Source of the DNA: Iphione sp. A-MEVVRFRX5
Lineage: Eukaryota
Length of the DNA: 64,000 nt
Assembly: GCA_976226885.1 (NCBI GenBank)
Contig: OZ320313.1
Span: 113,336,001-113,400,000 of the forward strand
Direction: 5' to 3'
Shown here: positions 12,801 through 25,600 of the stretch, one piece after another
How positions within the stretch are numbered: position 1 is the first letter of the stretch
How the letters are laid out: each line of letters begins with the position of its first letter
Program-made: the position numbers and the translations under genes
The notes under the pieces: generated by a model
Told to the model about the DNA's origin: nothing
Databases searched by the model: none
What the model saw: only the letters and a program-made list of their open reading frames with translations

Positions 12801-15800
12801 AATAGCTGAAATCATGTCTAATTTCCATGTAACCATGTTTTCATGGCTATGGTTCCTGCCATTTTGCCCTGTCTCCTTATTGTCACTCTATTTTTTGTAG
12901 TTCTATACTAAACATGGACATGGACCAATCTGTCCGTGTTTGTCCGAGCTAGAACTAACCCATGTGGATACATGGAAACACTGCAGTTGTTAACAATAGT
13001 CCCCAAATTACATGGACCAACACATATGAACACAGTTCCGTGGAGACATTGATAAATAGAAATTAGGCCCAAGTCCTGAGAAACGGAGGGGTTCACTCTA
13101 AGTTCTCCATGGGTTCCTCCTGTAAATTACCCGTGAGATTGTAATTTTCTGCTTCACGTCAAATGTATGAGTAAGCGACAATATAACTGCTGTCAAGGTT
13201 ACTGGACGTCTAATTTGAGAAGTGCCCCTAATGATGATAGCATTATTTAATGGATTGTCATTACTTATTTTACTCTACCGGTCTTTGTCTTTGTTTACTT
13301 TTACCTTGTCTACGGGAAATTCATGTGTCAATTTCATACACTTTGGACGGGATGGAACAACTATTTAATGATTCCCAGAAATTAAAAGTCACTGTTTCAA
13401 TTTCTGGACGCAGAGCGTAGAAACGTGGTTTGTGACAGCCAACTTCGGTTCGCTAATCGGTGAATATATTTTATTTATCAAACAAATGTGTTGGGTTTTC
13501 GTAGCAAATGAGTGAGGCATCTAGTGTTGTGGGTGCTTCATTCAATCAGGGCGTGTCAGTTCTTAAAACACTCATCGATTCTTGTTTAGGTAATATGCCA
13601 TACTTGGGACACTGATTGCAGCAGCTGACGCTAACCCGGCCCACCCCTTGGGAAACGTCAGGCTGCTGTGGCCACCTGTCCTACGGACATGGTGGCGTCA
13701 AGGAGGGATAATCTCATTAAGATCCTGACGCACAGTGTTGCCGGATCCATTCCACACTACGCAGTAAATGAATAAATGGAAGCGGTAGGACCGACTCCCC
13801 TCGACCTCGCCCTATCCTGCCAGGCGGCGGAATGGCCTAGCCTATTATTCACCTCAGCTGGACACAACGGTCACGAACACTGTACTACACATTCATCATG
13901 CAGATAGAGCCTGATATTATTGGGTCCTTGTCCTCATGCGAATAAATGGCAGCCAGAAAGTAGGTTGCATTCACGACCCCTCGTAAAGTATGTGCTGACA
14001 TCTGTTTTCTGCTGACTTTCTTGTTGTTATATGGTCAGTGGCTTGATGTATAAGACGGGGATAGACTTAGGCTAAGTTTCCATTTATGTGTGTAAGCGTG
14101 CCAGTTTGTGCATGTTTCAGTGCGTGTTTTGGGGGAGCAATGACTTACAGGAGGAGTGTACACATGCATGCTGTCTGTGCATTTCCATGCATGGCCATGT
14201 TTATAAAATGGGAGCTGTCCTATTTTCCACAGAACATAGCCTGTGTTTGGCACATGAATTTTGGCCAGAATCATTATAGCAGGCATGTAAATGGGAAAAC
14301 ATGGTGAATACACACTTCGTTGCATGTATACAGTGATTATCAGATTAAGAGAAACATACCCCAATACATTCTCATATGCACAGACATGCATACATACGTA
14401 CATGGACATCCAGCCTTAGCCTAAACTAGATCAGTCTTTCGCTTTGGATTTTGATTAGTGAGGCACTGCAGTATTGTTCTTTGTTCCATCTGTTGCCTTC
14501 TTTCTAAATAGCACACCAGCATATGGGGGTATGAAATATTCCGCATGAAATGCCATCCATGCTGGTCCCTGAAAACTATTGTATACGCAGCTCAGTGTAG
14601 CTGTATCTGTGTTAATTTATATTTGTTTATAAGTCCACCGTAGATTGTAAGAACATTTACGGTATAACATAGAAGTTGTTTTAATAGCAAACATGTTGTT
14701 AACAAGCCATTAGTTTGGCTTGGTTAATCTACCCGAAGATGCTGTGTTGATTTAATTAATGACATGAGTCCATACAGATTCAGTCTCGGCAAGCCTGGGA
14801 TTCTACGTGCATCAGGATCGAGAGAGGGAAGTTTTGAATATATAATTTATCTTTTCAGTTGAGCTGTCGTCGCGTCCGCTTTGTTATTTTCAGACGTTTT
14901 AACAGCTTAGAAGAAACCTAAGAGCTATTGGCGGTCTTTTCGCCTCCTTCCAGCTTACGTTCTGGGCCCTAGTTATGGAGTGTTGCCTTTAGCGGCCGGA
15001 TGTAGGGCTATTTATCCAGGCTATTAGGAGGCCTTACCCTTTTGATTCTGCGTTAGCGCAATACCTCTACACACATAGAGTACATAACTAGGCATTGTGG
15101 ACAGCAAATATAGAGTGGTGACCGGCGGAGCTAATATAACATATACTTGTGTAGGAAAAGTTAGTGGCACTGCAGATTTTAGTGGAAGGCTTAGAGACAG
15201 GTAATTTGAAATCATCACAATCGAAGCCTGCCAGGCTTAAAACATTTTAGTGCACATCGTTTTGGAGAGGTTGTCATGCGAAGCAGCTATATGTCACGTT
15301 GTCTCGAGGGCACTTGTACCTGCTTGTTTCTTTCCATCAGTATTTTGCTATTGCACCGGCAACAGCGGAGAGAACATTGTGTGCTTCAAGCGTGTCTTCG
15401 TATGAACTATTGGGATTTCTGTTAGTTTTGTCCGTGATTGTCACGTCAACATGTGTATAGATATGCTAAAAATGTGTAGGCTAGTTGGACAACATGTCTG
15501 ACGTGTATCCACGAACCCCAGGCATGCCGTACATCGTGACAACTTAAGCGTTGTTGTACACATTCAGTAGGTACATAGTTTCTTCTCTATTCACATGGCA
15601 TTGTCTCTCATGGATTGTCCTTTGACATTTGGTTTGGTTTACTTTTTTGTTGAGTTTTTGTGATTTTCCTTTTCATACTTCACATCGGTTTCTTTTTCCA
15701 TAAAGAGGTATATATGTATTTGCACCATGTAAATGCAGTTTCCCGAGTAGTGGGAAAATATGGGGGATAGTATTTCTAACAATGACATTACCATAACATC

Positions 15801-16421
15801 AAAAAGAGAACTGCTTCAAGAGATTGAAGTGGAACTAAAGACATGACCTCAGGTTCAGCGTGGTGGCAGCTACGCTTTTTTAAAGAACCTCTGGATATTG
15901 TTGGATCGTGTTATATGGAGTGTGACGTTGGAGACATGAAGCTGAACACGGAACGATACAAAAGCAACATGGATTTTTTTTGCGCTAGTGATTATAGAAT
16001 TTCCTACATGTGATCACCAAAATTGTGACGCTAAAGATTGTATCCTCATAGATGTACTTCTGTGTTGTCAGTGTAAAAAAAAAAAAAACCTTCTACTACA
16101 TCCTACCACTGACCACAGAAAATGAGAAACATGTCAAGGTCAATACATGTTATTTGGAAGAGATAAACATTCCTTTATTTTTATGCAGAAACCTCTCATT
16201 GTAAAAGATTTAGAAGTACATGTAGTCTCTGTATGAAAAGCCTTCACTGCTAGACGTAGGTACAAAATGGACCAGTCCTGATTTTTCCCGAGTAAAAGAT
16301 TAGTAGGTAAGTGTGTGGAAAACTGTGTGTTTCCTGTCTGTGGAGAGACCGATTGGTACGAGTCAACCTTAGGAAACATCGGACGACTTCAGGCATGTCG
16401 AGGTGGCGTGTGTACTGAGGT

Positions 16422-16523
16422 ATGGGGTCGTTACAGAGCCACGATCATAATCAGTCTGATAGTAGTAACGAAGACAGTAACAGTTCATCGCGACCTCTAC
16501 ACCCTGATGTAACGGCGGCCAAG
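16422..16523 (+). CDS. Candidate alternative first exon (phase 0) upstream of the PDZ exon
   Basis: First ATG after an in-frame TGA; MGSLQSHDHNQSDSSNEDSNSSSRPLHPDVTAAK|gtgaac; biased S/D/N composition; compatible with the phase-0 acceptor at 19536. Not homology-supported. Confidence 0.3.
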
Positions 16524-17037
16524 GTGAACTCTGCTTTCTGAGAATGGTAGGCATGTCAGAAAATCTAACTCGCTACCAGTGGAGGAGCGTCCGACGCAGG
16601 ATTCCATTGGTGGTGGTGATTTATTTCTCCGTATGGTGTAAACAGGAAAATCAGTTCGTCAAAATGCAGGGTCAGCGAACACCAAGGGTATACTGTTAGT
16701 ATGATAAATTGTAGATCGGTTGCTGGATAGCTGTTCCACTAGTATTTACTCGAAGGCGTAAGTACAGTTTTGGTTGCCTTTTCATCACCATGTTCCATTA
16801 ATAAAAAAATACTTCGGATTTTCCCAAAGTCTTCTGAAAGTTGCTTTGACATGTTCCTGACCATCATATGCAGGTATGCCTCTCTTCACAAAGTATATGT
16901 GTTCAGGGTTTCAGTTCACTTTTGGGAACTTCGTTATCAAGGTATACATGTAGCATTCTTGCCTTGATTTCCATGGTGACTGGTTTAATATTAATTCAGA
17001 AATTCTTCATTGTCTCCCATCTCCCAAAGGAGGGCGG

Positions 17038-17103
17038 AGGATCATCACCTTATTGGTCTGTCTCCTCCTAAGGATCCTCACCTTATTGGTGTGTCTCTTC
17101 CTA
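17038..17103. repeat. 33-bp tandem duplication, 3 mismatches
   Basis: aggatcatcaccttattggtctgtctcctccta / aggatcctcaccttattggtgtgtctcttccta. Confidence 0.9.
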
Positions 17104-19535
17104 AATCATGTTTGAAATACTCTGATTTTTTTTGATGTGATGTTTCTTCATGTAGACTCGTGCTGCTGGTTAAATAAATGTATTTTGATCAGTCAGTCGG
17201 TGTGTAGATTTCAAGGGATGAAGCTATATCATAGTCTGCTCACCCTTATTATTATAGCAGTACAACTCTTATGCTTGTTGTCTGCCTTTTAAGTGAGTTC
17301 TTAAAGAGCATGGTTTAAAAACGGGCTCAGTCTGCACAGCAAGGAAAACGTCGTTGTAAAGAGGCTTCGTTCTCGGAGGTTATCAGTGCCGGTATAGCTG
17401 TATCTTCCGATGGTTACAGTGGCACACTGATAGACGTAAATAGTGTGATCGGTGTAGTTCACAAGTAGCATCGGTTGTAAGCACGATACACACGGATAGA
17501 AATGATTTGATAAACATTAACGTGGTGTGTACATCGATATAAACGAGATGGTGCTCATTAACGAAAGGAAATGAGTGTCCAGGGTGGGTCGGTCACTTGA
17601 CCAAGTGCAAGCAAGAATAATATCTGTAAATTCATGAAATATGTGAAAATATGTATCAGTAAAAGAACGGGTATCAGTTCAAATCAGATTCCTGTCATTT
17701 TTCTGTGTTATACCCACCCAAGCTCAGATTTTTAAAAAATCGATTATAGCATAAAAATGATCCTTCTATAGGAGAGTGACATGTTTGTTCCATGTCATGC
17801 GACCAGCGTTATGTTAGTACAAAGGAAAACAAGTACAAGTGGTCAGGCCCTGCATGCAAGTGGCCTTTTAACACTTAAAGCACATCAGTTTCTGTCGTGA
17901 TAATACATCAGCTGGGCCTCTTAAAGGTCTCGGGCAAGAGAGGGCGAGACAGAGATGATATAAATCATAGCAGCGTCGCCTAAGATTCTAAGCTATTGAT
18001 TTTTCTTATCCCCATTTCTCCTCGGCAGTTGTTGGGAAAAATCCAATCTTCGGAGATGCGCTAAGGACATTAATAGCTGCGACGTCTGCCAATGAAGTCA
18101 TTGCCCTCATTGGGCTATTGTGAAAGCTAGAACCCCGGCCACAATTAGATTTTCTTGTTAAAAGGGCGTTTGTTGTCGACGTTTTACTGGAGAAAGTTTG
18201 ATAGGTAATTGGTTTGGAGATGTCCGTACTGGGGGTGACTTTGACACCAGGCGCACATTAGCTTCTCGGGCGTGACCTGGGCCAGGATTCCCTCGTCAGC
18301 ACGAAAGCTGCTGCTTTCATTGTCGTGTGTTGAATACATGCAAACCGGACCCGGTCATCAGGCAGTGCCGCGAGTATCCATGTGAATGCAGCCTGCTGCA
18401 GCCAATGCATTTATCCATTAGGAGGCAGCAAGCGTTTGCCAATATATCGTCCGGTTACAAACTCCCATTCTTGCCAGTGCACGGAGGGATAGCTAGAACA
18501 GTATGGGGCATGACCTGCTCCGCATGTGAGGCTAGTTTGGAATGACTTTGCAGATACAAGCCGGGTTGGCCCTTTCACATGATATCTTTGTCCTTAGGAG
18601 GTTCTGTTAGAACTTCGGAATCACAGTGCAACGCGAAATAGTATTATATCACGAGCGGGTAGGCATATCGTGTGCACTTTGTGCGGTAACTAGAGCCTGC
18701 GAGGGTCACTTTTCTCTATGTTGGGTGTGCCCTAACGTCTCACGTTCCTCATTGTCGCCCAGACTGCGCCAAATGTATCTTGATAACACTCGATCTTAAT
18801 ATCGAGCAGTTGGTTATCAAGTAGCTGCTCGGAGTGTTAGCTCATGAGCAACGCGTTATTTGCTCAGCTGCATAGATGAGGGGTGCCCATATCAACACTG
18901 TGGAGGAGTGAACTTAATCCTACTTTATATTTAAATGGTTCTGATCAGGAGTAAATGAGATCCATACCGGATCATTTCTCGATTCGAACCGATTGTTAAA
19001 GTACGTAGAATTTGAATATTGATAGACAGGTCAACAGCCAGGCTTTTATTTCCGACAAGGAAGGACTGAATTAACCATTGTCACCCATGACAATTTGATA
19101 TAGATTAGCTGCACAAAGACAGACTACATTGAGGCTGCCTGGTTGTGGAAATAGTATGGAGTAAATGTTATGACTGCGCAATGTCAACATATTTATTATA
19201 GTGGAAGCAGGGTGCCGCCCTAGGCATTCTGAATGAACTGTCGGTGGAGACCGATATTACAAGTCTGATAGCATCAGTTAGTGACTAGTGACTTTGAGTG
19301 TCAGTGTCATACTGAGATGGCGTTCTCCGCCTCTGCCCGACACCTCCACTTATTTCATAGACACACAGTTGCTGCACTGGGTCGACATCCCCAGGAATGT
19401 TAGCGATTTTATCTCTTTCACCAGTACCCACCAATGGTGTATTCTGTGCACTCTTTATCGTACTCTTTGTTTAGCCAATCACGATAGACGTTGTTTTCAC
19501 TTTTATTATAGAAGCTGTATTTTTTCCCCTTGCAG

Positions 19536-19687
19536 ATAAATCCCAACAGTAAAGCTTACAACGAGGGAATCAAAGTCGGGGATTACGTAGACAACATTAA
19601 TGGCGACTCAACGCAAAATATTATGCACAATGAAGCCCTGCAACTCATAAGAAACGCTTCTGACAAGCTTGAACTGGAACTCAGACG
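19536..19687 (+). CDS. Exon encoding the C-terminal two-thirds of a PDZ domain (PDLIM/SYNPO2-type)
   Basis: tttttccccttgcag|ATA...CG|gtgagt; 152 nt, phase 0 to 2. INPNSKAYNEGIKVGDYVDNINGDSTQNIMHNEALQLIRNASDKLELELRR has the PDZ hallmarks (SKA, G-D, ING, H-EA helix) and aligns gaplessly with ZASP/PDLIM and SYNPO2 PDZ as I recall them. Confidence 0.93.
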
Positions 19688-22600
19688 GTGAGTAATTATA
19701 ATAACGTCGCGCGATTAGAGAGTCAAGTACAAAAGGTGCAATTTTTGTTGGGAACAGACTAAAGCACAGGTCTCCAGATTTATTTCAAGAAGCTTCTTCC
19801 GAGGAGAAACGATGCATATAATTTATTCATGAATATTATTTAGGACGGCTCGCTTACTATCGCTTTTCTCTCTGTCTCTTCGAGCCAGGGTTTCCTTTTA
19901 TTCTAACATTAGGCGAGATGTGGTGTCGTCTTGGAAGTTAACATAATGCGTTGCTTCGGCTGGGAATCCATGTGGAAATTGCGATATGGTCTTCTACCAA
20001 CAGGCACCTCCCAGGCTCAGCGGCTGTTTATTCTCACGGCCCGTCCTCACAGGTCTCTCTCTTCCTGCTTACCCTGTTCTCTCTATATTATACAGTGAAT
20101 TTCTCAGCCACTGGATCAGAACCGGCATGTAGCACACATGCCCTGTTATATGTGGAGTTATGTCGTGAAATAGGCAAAAAAATCAGCGATTAGAAAAAAA
20201 CTAAATTGCAGTCGTTCGCACGGAAGCATTTCTGATAGCGCACGTCTATTACCTTTGTGTGGGAGCTACAATGTATGGGCTTAGCTGTTTTGAAATGAAA
20301 GCTCTCTTGCATTGTCTGCAGCGTGATCATTTCCGTAGTAAATAATCCCCCCTCGTCTTTTTCCCCTCCCTTTTTGACCTTCGTATCTCTCAGTAATACA
20401 CTGGGTATTGAGCACCAGGCCGATATGCTGTTTATATGTTTTGTGTACCATGTATGTGTTTCTTATGTAATTTAAAGTCCCAGGAAGGCCAGGCTAAATG
20501 CTGTTGACAAATAATGCAAATGCCAAGTACATGCATCTGGCGTTTCACATTGAATCACTCCAGACTCATCTTTATGGAGAGATACAGGCACAGAATGAAA
20601 AGAGTTGCCTGATGCATTATGATTCAAGAGTGTCTTTTAGTAAACACATTTTTTTTGTCATTCTCATACGTTTTAGAACAGTTGAATGTCATTATTTTGA
20701 CTCTGTTCTTGGCCTCCGCTGTGGGGACCGGTCTGGTGTGTGTGGTCTGTGGTCTTTCCTTTTTTATACAGCTTGGATACACAACGTTTCAGATGACAGT
20801 GATGTCTGCCGAAACAATGGCCGCTGTGCGCGCTGGGTAGTGCGCCGGGGAGAATCTTTAGTAAATCTGATCGCTGTCCACATGGTGGGCCAGAGTAAAG
20901 ATTAGACGGTGCGTGAGCACGACAAAAGCGTTCCCGCGTGCAAAGCTGCCATAATTTACTCTGAATATGTGTGGGATGTCGGAACGTTCCGCCAGATTTA
21001 CTTTCCCCCGCCGCCTACCCCGGCGTAGCAATACCAGCGCTCTTGCCGCAACCGTTTTGCCACAATTTGCGACCGTCGATGATAAAGGCCATTCAGAGAT
21101 AGGTTCACAACTTGCAGGTCAGATGGGTCTTTGGCTGATCCTTGCCGGGACAGTTTTTTTTAGTGTACACGCACACGCACTTCCTTCTGTGAAACACAGC
21201 TATGGACACCGTCCAAAGTATAGCAGCGTAGTGAATACATGTCCGTGTACATTACTCTGAAATCTGTCACAAAGTAGACCAAACAAGGCTCTAACGAGCA
21301 TGAGCTAATTTTTCTGTTCGCTGGAATGAGCGACAAAAGAGTGGAGGGAAATGGCAAGGCTGCTCCGCTGATGACTTTTGCTGCTTGTCAAATCTGACGA
21401 GTAAAGGGTGAAGTTGAATCATTCAGGTAGCCCATACCTAGCCTTTTGCTTGATTGCTGGTATACATGTAGATGTATAACATTATTAGCATCGTGATATC
21501 TACCAAAAGGCATGCAGTAGGCGCCAGTGATTTTTTTTCATCTTATTGCTGTCCCCCACCTCTTAGAGATGAGCGACTCTGGGAATACTGCTGTTCGACT
21601 GTTTGACCCCCCGTCATGATCTTGTGGGTCTGTATCCTCCTAAACCATCGTATTATATGCTGTGATTACATATATTTAATAAGACAATTCGGTTCTTTGT
21701 CATTCTAGAACTGTGGAGTATACATGTACAGTAATTCAGAGGGTTAGAGGGTGTTGGAAATAGCATGTTTTTATATAAGGGAAGCGGAGAGGGAGAAAAA
21801 AGAGAGACACATTGGTAGACAGACGGATGGAGACAAAGAAAAACCAGACGCACAAACAAAAACACAAACAGACACAGAGTCTAGTAGCATTAAACAAATT
21901 TTTCACAAACAGATTGGTAGAGGAAAGGTAGTATTATTGAGAGCTCTTAGAACTTTTCATTTGAAAATATTTTAAAGGCATTTCATACTTAGGAAATTGG
22001 TAACTGAAGAAATCGATTTTTCTCTCACATACTCACATGGAAGTTTAGGAGGGTTTACTTGTTTTCTTCTTGTCTGACGGTTTCCTGCAAGAATTTGTAG
22101 AATTTGTGGAAATATTGTTCTGCTGTATATACGTCCCTCGCTTTACATATTTTGAAGGTAGTGCCGGAGCAATACTTCGGTGATTTTTTGGGAGGTATTC
22201 CAGTTTCACAGCCTCGGCAGTGCTCCCATACACCTCGCGGGGAACCACTACAGAGAGCTACCAATTGGTTTCCCTGTAGAGCGCGTTCTTCATCGTCCCT
22301 CATCACAGAGCTCAACGACTGCCAAGAATATACCACTTGTACATGTAAAAAATACTTTGCGGCACCAAAAAGCGTTTACTGTCATAGAGTCTATGAATCT
22401 CTTTGATTGCCTGGGATAGTGTGGCTTAGTATTTATCAGTTCTGCCGGTGGCAAGTCAAGATGCGGAGTTCTGCACCGATCGCCAGTTATTAAACTTCGA
22501 CTGTTTTAAAATGGCACGTCGTTTCAGTTGCCCACAAAGCCGGAATGTTCTGTGGGATGTAAGCGGGGCCCTTTGGAGAACACATTTCTAGTTTTTAGCA

Positions 22601-25600
22601 CTGAACAGCTCAGGCCGAAATGGTGTACTTGTCACTAGACAATACCCGGGGAAAACGTCAATGAGCGGGAACTGCAATTCCGCTGACAGTGCAGTGAATG
22701 CTACCAGAGTACTGCCACCTTCGCCGGCATCACACCGCAGGAACGTCTAGACAACTGAACGATAAAAAGCGAGGATGGGGTTGGGGAGAGATAATGTCAT
22801 CGTCACCTTGGTTCTAGATTTAATTACAAAGACAGGCCGAGATCCATATTCAGGCATGATCAATTAGATTTGGTGTACGTTTCCCAGGACGGAGTGAAAT
22901 GGATTCGGGATTGATTGGAGCGAGGCACGTGCGAAGAGCACTGTTAACCCTTGACCTTTCCACGCTTCCCATCCTGCCCGCATTTTGCCCCCAGCCCCCC
23001 ACCCCCAACCTCACCCCCACCCACCTGGCCGGGGCTCAGAGAGGCTAACCGGTCGGTCAGTTGTCTCCACGCCAGTAGTGTATACACTCGGTGGTTTGTT
23101 GCTGGCGTTTTATTGACTGCCACAACATACCATGACCAGGCCCCCGACCAGACAACCGGCATCATTTGGGGGAAACTGTGTACACTAGGATCATTGCTGC
23201 ATCAATAGATTTGGTCATGGTTACAAGCCACGCCAGACAAACTTGTGCTTGATGGGTGTTTTATTGACTGGGTGGCCGTGTTTGTCATCTCGGCGAAATG
23301 AATGCAGCCTGCTACAATACAAACGTCAATGGTGCGGTGTGTTTTAAGCTTCAAATGATAAGAACATGTTTTATCCTGGCGTGAAAAGTGGAAGTTCTTA
23401 TGTACAGATGATCTGTCTGGATATTCCGCTACTACACGTGCAGGTATTTATAGACATTTTTATTTCCACTCAAGGCTGATTATACGTTGAAATTTGTCCG
23501 TTTTCGGTCGTCCAGGAAAATAAATTTATCTCATATGCTTATTGATGTGCCGGAACTCAGTCAATCGATGGGTAATTTCCGAAGAGACATTTCTTATCTG
23601 AAAACCCCGACTACTGGGAATCTTGCTCCATTCAGTCGGTAGCATCCCACGAAGCGGATTGGCATGATTTAAAATGTGGGCTCAGAGATGCTGTTTCACC
23701 GGGGCCCTAAATTTAGACCCGAGTAGTGGCTGGGTTGTATTGGTTGAAGTTTGGAGGACGTAAAGGACTTAACCCGCTGGTAAACCAGGCCGGGTGGAGA
23801 GGTCGGGTGGCCAGGTGTGGTAGGCAGGAAGTGGGATGAAGGCTGCGAGGGGCCGACCTGACTAGGGGTCTGTAGACCTCTGGTGGCAGAGACAGACAGC
23901 TGGGATTCATGCTTCGCAATTTGAAAGATCGGATACTCGGCTGGGTTATATATTTGATCAGCAAACCTCGCCAGGGCTCGCGTGTCGCTAACGACCATGT
24001 ACACCGTGAGGCTAACCAACCAGCAGGACAGGCAGAAATTGGTGATTTGAAATTCACCTTTGTGGTGTTCTTTTCACCATAAAGAGGCTGTTGGTGCATT
24101 TCGTGATCAAACCAGTAGGATGTGATAATTTGAAGAACACATCTAAGTGTTGTTTCAGAACAAAATTGTCTAAATGACTAGCTGAGATCATAGGTCATGT
24201 ACATATATATAAATGGGAATGCTTCCAGGCATTTATGCGTCAACAGTGGCAGTTATTGCAGTGAAGGGCTGGCCGCTGCTCCATGGCATGTGTCTTTAGC
24301 AGAGCAGAACGTCTGGTTTACATGCCATCCATGATCTAGGTTAAACATAAATGTCGGCTCGCCCTCACAGGCCTCCGGCCAGAATATCAGGTAACATTGA
24401 CACAAAATTTGTGATTCATCATGATAGCTTCCCCATTAAGATATGTATTCCTTATTTGACTCTGTCTCGCGGAAATCCCAATCTCTACAATCTCGGCGTT
24501 CTTGTGTTGAAATACTGCTCAACACCACACGGTAACACCATTAACGGCCTAGGGATACGTGTAATTGTGATTGGCGTTCGTTTACACGATAAATTACCGA
24601 GAGGATATGGACAATAGTTGTGCTTAGCGTCATTAGCAGACACCAACTTCATGTTTCGCACTTGTGTAGCTAATTAGCCTCTTTATTTCAAGTATACCCC
24701 ATATATGCACAGTGAGTTACATCGCTCGCTTTAAACTTAGCCATGGAATTAATTTAATTTAGTCATACAATTATTATGGAAACACGGCACAGTTCGAATA
24801 CTGGTCGTCTTGGAGAGAACAGGAAACCAGAGATGCTACACTCCCATTAGCGCAGTAGTTCAGACGCCCAGAGTCACGTGGCCCGCGGCTTTGATCCCGC
24901 CCAGAGTATCCCGTTAATTGTGTTAGACGGCGCCAGGTGGAGCTTCAGCGTAGCGTTCCTTATCACTTGCGGACGGCCTCCTGGCATCCTTACCTCCAGG
25001 CCGGGCGGCCTACCTGCGCCGTGCAGGGAACAGTGCTCAGCAGCAGCAGGTCTGGCGCACGCACTTCTGAGTGCCCTGTTGCCCTTCGCCTGGCCCAGAT
25101 ACAGCTGCTAGCGAGGGTGGCCGGATCCAACGCGTGCTCTGTGTCCAGCCAGGTCCCCAAGACTTTCTTATCTAGACCTAATTGACGGCACGCTTTCTCA
25201 TCACGCAAATTAGCACTGCCTATCCAGGACGTTAACCCATGTGCAGCGTAGGCGGAAGAGGTGGCGTGACATAGGTCAAACGACTCTTCATGGGTAGAAT
25301 AATGATTGGTTATGCAGGTATGAAATTCTCGGTGACTAGCAACCACTTCGCGCTATATATACGCCTACAAGTCAGTCACAGCTTCGATATGGTAGACCCG
25401 TGTACCAAATTGATGTGTGCATATATGTATACATATAGGGCCTACGTGTATGCAATATTAGTATGTGCAGGTAAAAGGCTCTTTGAAAAATGGAAGAATA
25501 ACTGGGATTTCTGGTAAGTGTACATAGTGCAGGGTCGCTAGCAGCCACACTAGACCACGACTGTTGGTTCATGTCAGTTATCGCATAATTAGACAGACAC

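Noticed and set aside
83-19500. Short ORFs of 60-135 aa in the track
   Set aside because: No recognisable domains, alternative start codons, overlapping frames; consistent with chance in intronic DNA.
23900-23935. LGFMLRNLKD, reminiscent of the C-terminal region of CR1/L2-type reverse transcriptases
   Set aside because: Similarity stops after about 10 residues, with no other RT motifs nearby.
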